Shown here in pieces: positions 58,630-64,000 of a stretch of DNA of 64,000 nt (within the stretch, counting starts at the first letter, position 1; each line of letters opens with the position of its first letter). The notes under the pieces were generated by a model that was not told where the DNA came from, did not search any database, and saw only the letters and a program-made list of their open reading frames with translations. The position numbers and the translations under genes are program-made. The stretch is from PVC group bacterium (lineage in GTDB: Bacteria > Omnitrophota > Gorgyraeia > B26-G9): positions 363,724-427,723 of the forward strand of contig JAAEQR010000195.1 in assembly GCA_024231215.1 (NCBI GenBank), read 5' to 3'.

Positions 58630-60093
58630 ATGGAAAATAAAAATAGCTTAAAGCAGAATATGGTTTCAGGGGTGAAATGGACGGCTGTTTCTCAAGTAGC
58701 CAGACAGTTATTGCAGGTTACTTTTATTGCGATTTTAGCTAGGTTGTTGTCGGTAGATGATTTTGGTGTAATTGCTATTGCTGTGATTTTTTTGGAATTT
58801 GGCATGATGCTTAGAGATTTGGGGTTTGGCTCAGCTATAATTCAAAAAAAAGATATTCAAGAGGAACATCTTTCTACAACGTTTTTTGTTTGTATTCTGG
58901 GCGGAATAGTAATGTTTGTAATATTAAATATGACAGCTCCGTTTATAGCCAGTTTTTTTAGCAGAGAGAGTTTGCGTTTTGTTATTCCAGTTTTAGCTTT
59001 GCGTTTCATTTTTTATTCTTTGAGTGTGGTTCACGAATTTATGCTTATGAAAAAAATGCTATTTAGAAAACTAGCTATTGTTGAAATAGGGGAGACAATA
59101 ACTTATGGGACGGTAGCGATTACAATGGCACTGAATGGATGGGGAATATGGGCGCTTGTTTTTGGGTATGTGATTAGTGGTTGTGTGAGATTTCTCTTAT
59201 CTTGGAGTGTGTATAGGTGGAAAGCAAAATTCAGCATACATATTAAAGCTTTTAAAGAAATCTTTGGATTTGCTGGTAATATGGTTGGGTTTAAAGTAGT
59301 GAATTATACTAATGCTAATCTTGATCGTTTTTTAGTTGGAAGATTTTTGCCGGCAGCAAGCTTAGGGTTGTACTCAATGGCTTATAATTTAGCTGTTTTC
59401 CCTCATCAACAGACAGCGACAATGATTTCTAGAATAGGTTTTGCAGCATTTTCTAAGATCCAGGACGAATTAGAAAGAATAAGATTAGGTTATTTGAAGA
59501 TGGTTGGCTATGTTTCAACTGTTACCTTTCCTTTACTCTTTGGATTGTTTGTTTTAGCTCGTTATTTTGTGCTGACGGTTTATTCAAGTAAATGGTTACC
59601 GATGGTTATGCCGCTTAGAATGTTATGTGTTGCAGGATTAATGCTTTCTATTACTGCTTTCGGAGGCATTGTTATGCTTGCTGTGGGGCGTGTCGATAAA
59701 TTGCTTAAGCTTTCTTTAATTGGTCTTGTAATTAAAGCAGGGTTACTTTTATTTGGGATAAGGTATGGTTTGAACGGAGTTGCCTTAATGATTGTTATTT
59801 ATGCGGTTGTGATTAATGTGCTTATGCAAATGATGATTAAGGAAGTTGTAAAAATGAAATTAAGACAGTATTTCCTAGCTTTTGTTCCAGCATTTTTGAG
59901 TTCATTGTGTATGGGGGGGGTGTTGTGGGGAGTGGCCACAGTATATCCTAATAAGCTTTTCTTGCATACTATTCCGGGCATAATGAGTCTTGTTTTAGTG
60001 GGAGCGGCTGTTTATTTATCGGTAGGATTTGTGATAAATAGACAATCTTTAACAGGATTACTAAATATACTCAAAGGAGCGTTCATTAAATGA
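58630..60093 (+). CDS. Wzx-type polysaccharide flippase (MOP superfamily)
   Basis: about 12-14 TM, polysaccharide-biosynthesis-protein N-terminal pattern. Confidence 0.75.
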   Translation: MENKNSLKQNMVSGVKWTAVSQVARQLLQVTFIAILARLLSVDDFGVIAIAVIFLEFGMMLRDLGFGSAIIQKKDIQEEHLSTTFFVCILGGIVMFVILNMTAPFIASFFSRESLRFVIPVLALRFIFYSLSVVHEFMLMKKMLFRKLAIVEIGETITYGTVAITMALNGWGIWALVFGYVISGCVRFLLSWSVYRWKAKFSIHIKAFKEIFGFAGNMVGFKVVNYTNANLDRFLVGRFLPAASLGLYSMAYNLAVFPHQQTATMISRIGFAAFSKIQDELERIRLGYLKMVGYVSTVTFPLLFGLFVLARYFVLTVYSSKWLPMVMPLRMLCVAGLMLSITAFGGIVMLAVGRVDKLLKLSLIGLVIKAGLLLFGIRYGLNGVALMIVIYAVVINVLMQMMIKEVVKMKLRQYFLAFVPAFLSSLCMGGVLWGVATVYPNKLFLHTIPGIMSLVLVGAAVYLSVGFVINRQSLTGLLNILKGAFIK

Positions 60094-60743
60094 AAAGAAT
60101 TATCCGGGAAATAATTGATAGTATTAAGAAAATTGATCGATTGACAGGATACAAGCTGGGAGCAATCTTTAGAAAAATGACTAATGTGAATACCGAAAAG
60201 CATTGGAATGATAAATTTAAAAGCCGGGGGGATTCCTGGCGTGATTTTAATTATACCTGGCTAATGGAATTTTTGCCGTCTGATTCAGCTTTTTCTCTTT
60301 TGGATATTGGGTGTGCAATGGGTGATGGCTGTATATTACTGAAAAAACATTTACCTAATGCCCAAATCAATGGGGCAGATTTTAGCGAAGTTGCGATAAG
60401 TAAAGCTAAACAAAAAACAAAGGATATGGATTTTTTTGTTTTAGATGTTTTAAAAAATATTCCTCCTAAAAAATATGATTATATAACGATGTTAAGTACT
60501 TTAGAGCATTTTGATGAGCCGTACAAAATAGTTGATAAATGTTTAAAGTTTGTTAATAAAGCGTTAATTATAGTGACTCCGTATGAGCCGAAATTTGATA
60601 ATCCACGGCTTTACAGTTCAGGGGAACATAGATTTTTATTTAATGAGAATACCTTCTCTCAATATAATTCCAAAGTGCTTAAAATTACCGAGCTTGCAGA
60701 AACTACTAATTACAAATACATAATATATGAATTAACTGTTTGA
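60090..60743 (+). CDS. class I SAM-dependent methyltransferase
   Basis: LLDIGCAMGDG motif I. Confidence 0.7.
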   Translation: MKRIIREIIDSIKKIDRLTGYKLGAIFRKMTNVNTEKHWNDKFKSRGDSWRDFNYTWLMEFLPSDSAFSLLDIGCAMGDGCILLKKHLPNAQINGADFSEVAISKAKQKTKDMDFFVLDVLKNIPPKKYDYITMLSTLEHFDEPYKIVDKCLKFVNKALIIVTPYEPKFDNPRLYSSGEHRFLFNENTFSQYNSKVLKITELAETTNYKYIIYELTV

Positions 60744-60758
60744 TGAATTGGATTTAGC

Positions 60759-61994
60759 ATGAAAATACTGAGTATTTCAAATATGGATATTTGGCCTTTT
60801 GGGAAAAATAAAGGAATTCCTTCGATATCTGCTTCCCAGACAGGATTTGCTGCATTAGGACATGAAGTTTATTTTTTATGTCCTCTAAAACGAAAAGGAT
60901 TGTTGGCAGAGGAAGAAATGGATGGGGTCAATATTAAACGCTATAGACTGCCGTTTGGTATTAGCAGTCTTTCTGTCTATAATCTTCCTTTAAATAATTT
61001 TTGGACTCGAGTTAAAGGTAGCATTATTTATAATTTGGAATGGTTTTTTGTTCAGGTGTATGCTTTATTTAAGGGCATTGCCTTGGCCAGAAAAATAAAA
61101 CCGGACATTATTTATGCACATAGTACGACAGCAGCATTACCAGCTTATTTAGTAAGTAGATTTTGCAAAGCGAAATTTGTGATTAGAGTTTATGGCATAA
61201 AAGATATGTCTACGTTTAATTTTTGGGGCAGAATAAGAGCATTTAGAGATATCGCGGTATTTAAGTTGCCAGCTGATTATTTTATTGTTACCAATGATGG
61301 TACCGGAGGATGTGCTTTACTTAAAGATTTAGGGGTAAAAGAAGAGAAAATAAAGAATTGGCGCAATGGAATTGATGTTTCTATATCTGAGCCTGTTTCA
61401 GATGCTAAGAACAAGGTGTGTGAGCAATTAAAGATACCTGAATCTTCACGTATTATTCTTTCCTTATCTAGATTTATTTCAATTTATGGTGTGGATGATT
61501 TAGTTTCGTCTCTACCAGAATTATTTAAAAAGCAGGATGATATTGTTTGTGTTATCGCAGGTAGTGGGCCGGATAAGACTAAACTAGAGACAATTGTTAA
61601 TAAGGCTGGAATTGCTTCTCGTGTTTTTTTTGTTGGAACAGTAGAGCGTGAAGAGGTGAAGAAGCTTTTATATGCATCGGATATTTATGTATTTTTGCCC
61701 CAGCTTCATAATTGTACGAATACGATGTGGGAGGCTATGTCGTGTGGAGTGTGTATTTTAACTACAGAAACAGAATCAATTAAAGAGATATTAACCTCAG
61801 GTGAAAATGGGGTATTAATATCACCGGATAAAGTTAAAGATTTACCCCAGGTTTTAGATGATCTTTTTGGTGATAAAGATTTGATGAAGCGTTTGGGGGA
61901 GAATGTATTAAATCGTTCGAGGGAAGTGCTGGAAAGTTGGCCGGATAGAATAAAAAAAGAAGCAAAACTTTTGGAAGAATTAGTTAAAGGATGA
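60759..61994 (+). CDS. glycosyltransferase family 4 (GT-B)
   Basis: C-terminal GT4-like region EAMSCGVCILTTE. Confidence 0.75.
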   Translation: MKILSISNMDIWPFGKNKGIPSISASQTGFAALGHEVYFLCPLKRKGLLAEEEMDGVNIKRYRLPFGISSLSVYNLPLNNFWTRVKGSIIYNLEWFFVQVYALFKGIALARKIKPDIIYAHSTTAALPAYLVSRFCKAKFVIRVYGIKDMSTFNFWGRIRAFRDIAVFKLPADYFIVTNDGTGGCALLKDLGVKEEKIKNWRNGIDVSISEPVSDAKNKVCEQLKIPESSRIILSLSRFISIYGVDDLVSSLPELFKKQDDIVCVIAGSGPDKTKLETIVNKAGIASRVFFVGTVEREEVKKLLYASDIYVFLPQLHNCTNTMWEAMSCGVCILTTETESIKEILTSGENGVLISPDKVKDLPQVLDDLFGDKDLMKRLGENVLNRSREVLESWPDRIKKEAKLLEELVKG

Positions 61995-63034
61995 ATAATA
62001 ATATAAAAGATTCAATTAATCTCATAGTCAGCGGAGACATTATGCTTGGTGGTAGTTTATCTGCGGAACTAGAGAAAGAAAAATTTTCACATCTTAAAAA
62101 TGATTTTCAGGATGCAGATATTGTCTTCGGAAATTTAGAAGCGCCTTTTTCTAATGAAGGGCAATCGCAGGAGAACAAAATAGTGCTTTCTCAGCCCAAG
62201 GAAGCGGCAGAGCTGATTGACTATTTAGGATTTAACATCTTATCCCTAGGAAATAATCATATTATGGATTATGGAGAAAAAGGATTAGATGAAACATTTC
62301 GAATTCTTAATGATAATAATATTCAATATGTTGGTGCAGGTAATGATCTTAGTCAGGCTAGAAAACCCGCAGAATTTACTATTAACGGGATAAAAACAGT
62401 ATTATTGGGCTATACCATTCAATCTACAGAAGAAAGTAATGATTTGCTGTATGCCAAGGAAAAGAAAAAAGGGTTGGCTCCCTTTGATATGGACATAATT
62501 AGAGAGGATATTAATCAGGCAAAGGCAAATGGAGCTAATATTGTTATAGTTTCTTTGCATTGGGGACAAGAGAAATATCATTATCCATTTCCTGAACAAA
62601 GAGAACAAGCATATGAAATTATTGATACCGGAGCTGATATTATTGCCGGGCATCATTCGCATCTTATTCAGGGAATTGAGAGGTATAAAAAAGGAGTTAT
62701 TGTTTATTCTCTGGGAAATTTTATTTTTGGTGAATTTATGATGCCGAATGGTTGTATTCAAAAATGGGGAGATAGGTATAGGCTTAGTGCTTATATAAAT
62801 TTTAATCTCGCTAAAAAAGGTGTGTTGGATTATGATGTTGTTCCTCTCTGGATAGGTAAAGACTTGATTCCTCGAAAGACAGAGAAAAAAGCGCATTTGC
62901 GCGCTTTGAAAAGATATTCGGCACGGATATCTGATGTAAATTATGAAGGTAAATTTCAACACATAGTTTGTATAGAAAAAATAGATATCGTATTAGATAA
63001 GATTAAAAGGAAGATATTTAGACATGGTTTGTAA
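61991..63034 (+). CDS. CapA/PGA_cap-family metallophosphatase-like protein
   Basis: YVGAGNDLSQARKP, VSLHWGQE, HHSHLIQGIE, YSLGNFIF motifs. Confidence 0.7.
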   Translation: MNNNIKDSINLIVSGDIMLGGSLSAELEKEKFSHLKNDFQDADIVFGNLEAPFSNEGQSQENKIVLSQPKEAAELIDYLGFNILSLGNNHIMDYGEKGLDETFRILNDNNIQYVGAGNDLSQARKPAEFTINGIKTVLLGYTIQSTEESNDLLYAKEKKKGLAPFDMDIIREDINQAKANGANIVIVSLHWGQEKYHYPFPEQREQAYEIIDTGADIIAGHHSHLIQGIERYKKGVIVYSLGNFIFGEFMMPNGCIQKWGDRYRLSAYINFNLAKKGVLDYDVVPLWIGKDLIPRKTEKKAHLRALKRYSARISDVNYEGKFQHIVCIEKIDIVLDKIKRKIFRHGL

Positions 63035-64000
63035 AAAAGTATTTTTATTAACCCCGCCATATAAAGGTACTCGTGTAAAAGGTGTTTTTTCTGCAGGTTT
63101 GGGATATGTAGCGGAAAGTCTTAAGACTGCGGGTATTGAATATGATATATGTAATATGAGTTTAGGTTATGATTATAAATATTTAAAAAACAAAATAAAT
63201 GAATTTGCCCCGGAATTGATTGGTATTTCGGTGATGACTTATAGATATAAGCAGACCTATGAATTAATAAAAACTCTAAAAAATGATTTTCCGCAAATTA
63301 AAATTGTTGCTGGCGGTCCTCATATATCTTTGTTTAGGGAAGAAGTTTTAACTGCTTGTCCGCAGTTAGATTTTGGAATTGTTTTAGAGGGCGAGGAGAC
63401 AATTGTAGAGTTGTGCAGCGGCGCTGAGCTTGAATCAATTAAAGGATTAATTTATCAGGGGGCAGAGGGAGGTGTTTATAACGGGGATAGACCGTTTATT
63501 GATCCATTAGATGAAATTGCTTTCCCTAAGTATGAAAAGTTTGAAATGGAAAGGATATTTAATAAAGAGATTAATTCATTACCCATAGTTTCTTCGCGAG
63601 GTTGTCCTTTTGCTTGTGTGTATTGTTCTGTTAAATTTGCTGTTGGTTGCAACTTTCGGGTGAGAAGCCCTGAAAGCATCATTAAGGAATTGAAATATTG
63701 GTATGATAAAGGATATAAGCGTTTTAGTTTTGCTGATGATAATTTTACTTTAAAAAAACAACGGATTGTTGATTTGTGTGAAGCTTTAAAACAAAGCGGT
63801 ATGAATGATTTAAAATTAAGTTGTGATAATGGCATTCGTGCAGATAAGGTTGATCGGGATCTTTTGAAATTAATGAAAGATGTAGGTTTTTATAGAATTG
63901 CTTTTGGCGTTGAAGCAGGTAATAACAAGGTTCTAAAACAGCTTAAAAAAAGCGAGAATATCGAGACGATAACTGCGCGGATAGAAGAAGCTTGTGAACT
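63024..64000 (+). CDS. B12-binding-domain radical SAM protein (3' end beyond window)
   Basis: open frame translated by hand from ATG 63024 to the window end (not in the supplied ORF track); Rossmann-like B12-binding region followed by CPFACVYC (CxxxCxxC). Confidence 0.7.
   Translation, partial: MVCKKVFLLTPPYKGTRVKGVFSAGLGYVAESLKTAGIEYDICNMSLGYDYKYLKNKINEFAPELIGISVMTYRYKQTYELIKTLKNDFPQIKIVAGGPHISLFREEVLTACPQLDFGIVLEGEETIVELCSGAELESIKGLIYQGAEGGVYNGDRPFIDPLDEIAFPKYEKFEMERIFNKEINSLPIVSSRGCPFACVYCSVKFAVGCNFRVRSPESIIKELKYWYDKGYKRFSFADDNFTLKKQRIVDLCEALKQSGMNDLKLSCDNGIRADKVDRDLLKLMKDVGFYRIAFGVEAGNNKVLKQLKKSENIETITARIEEACE

Noticed and set aside
1-64000. CRISPR arrays, transposases, integrases, phage genes
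   Set aside because: No direct-repeat/spacer array, no DDE/serine/tyrosine recombinase motifs and no phage structural genes found. The only integration-like signal is the tRNA-Gly 3'-end duplication, reported as a finding.

Overview
This is an AT-rich bacterial chromosomal window. LPS heptosyltransferase, SurA, AMIN-domain proteins and a Wzx/Wzy/Wzc locus suggest a Gram-negative-type cell envelope. The lysine-rich proteome and many unfamiliar small proteins suggest an uncultivated lineage, but I cannot assign taxonomy from sequence alone.

Most of the window is housekeeping. A TRAM-less miaB-like gene and miaA sit at the start. On the minus strand are surA-pdxA-rsmA, a shortened mfd-like gene, and fhs. 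A ~16.5-kb co-directional cluster runs rplM-rpsI-argCJBDFGH-lysA-dapF-dapA-dapB-dapL-folK-panC-panD-nadX-like. It is followed by rmuC and two PilZ genes, a four-tRNA cluster (Arg-UCG, Lys-CUU, Leu-UAG, Gly-GCC), then tig-clpP, serC-like/serA, purA, mgtC, larB-larC, secG, a solute-binding protein and an M48 peptidase. The window ends with a polysaccharide locus (wzc, wzy/O-antigen ligase-like, asnB-like, wzx, a methyltransferase, GT4, capA-like, and a B12-binding radical-SAM gene running off the end). I saw no transposase, integrase or CRISPR array.

The candidates I would look at first:
- A membrane-anchored 460-aa protein with PI4K-type-II-like kinase motifs, immediately upstream of a secreted PEBP-family protein.
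- A ~135-bp GC-rich structured element after tRNA-Gly that ends in a 19-nt duplicate of the tRNA 3' end. It could be an ncRNA (there is a weak SRP-like 3' motif) or an integration scar.
- Two adjacent paralogous secreted proteins with an AMIN domain, a K-rich segment and a coiled coil; the second also has TPR repeats.
- A doubled operator-like inverted repeat upstream of a small K-rich protein.
- A short block of three odd small genes (Cys-rich, tandem-duplicated basic, acidic-repeat with a YHS-like zinc ribbon).
- Two families of short intergenic repeats.
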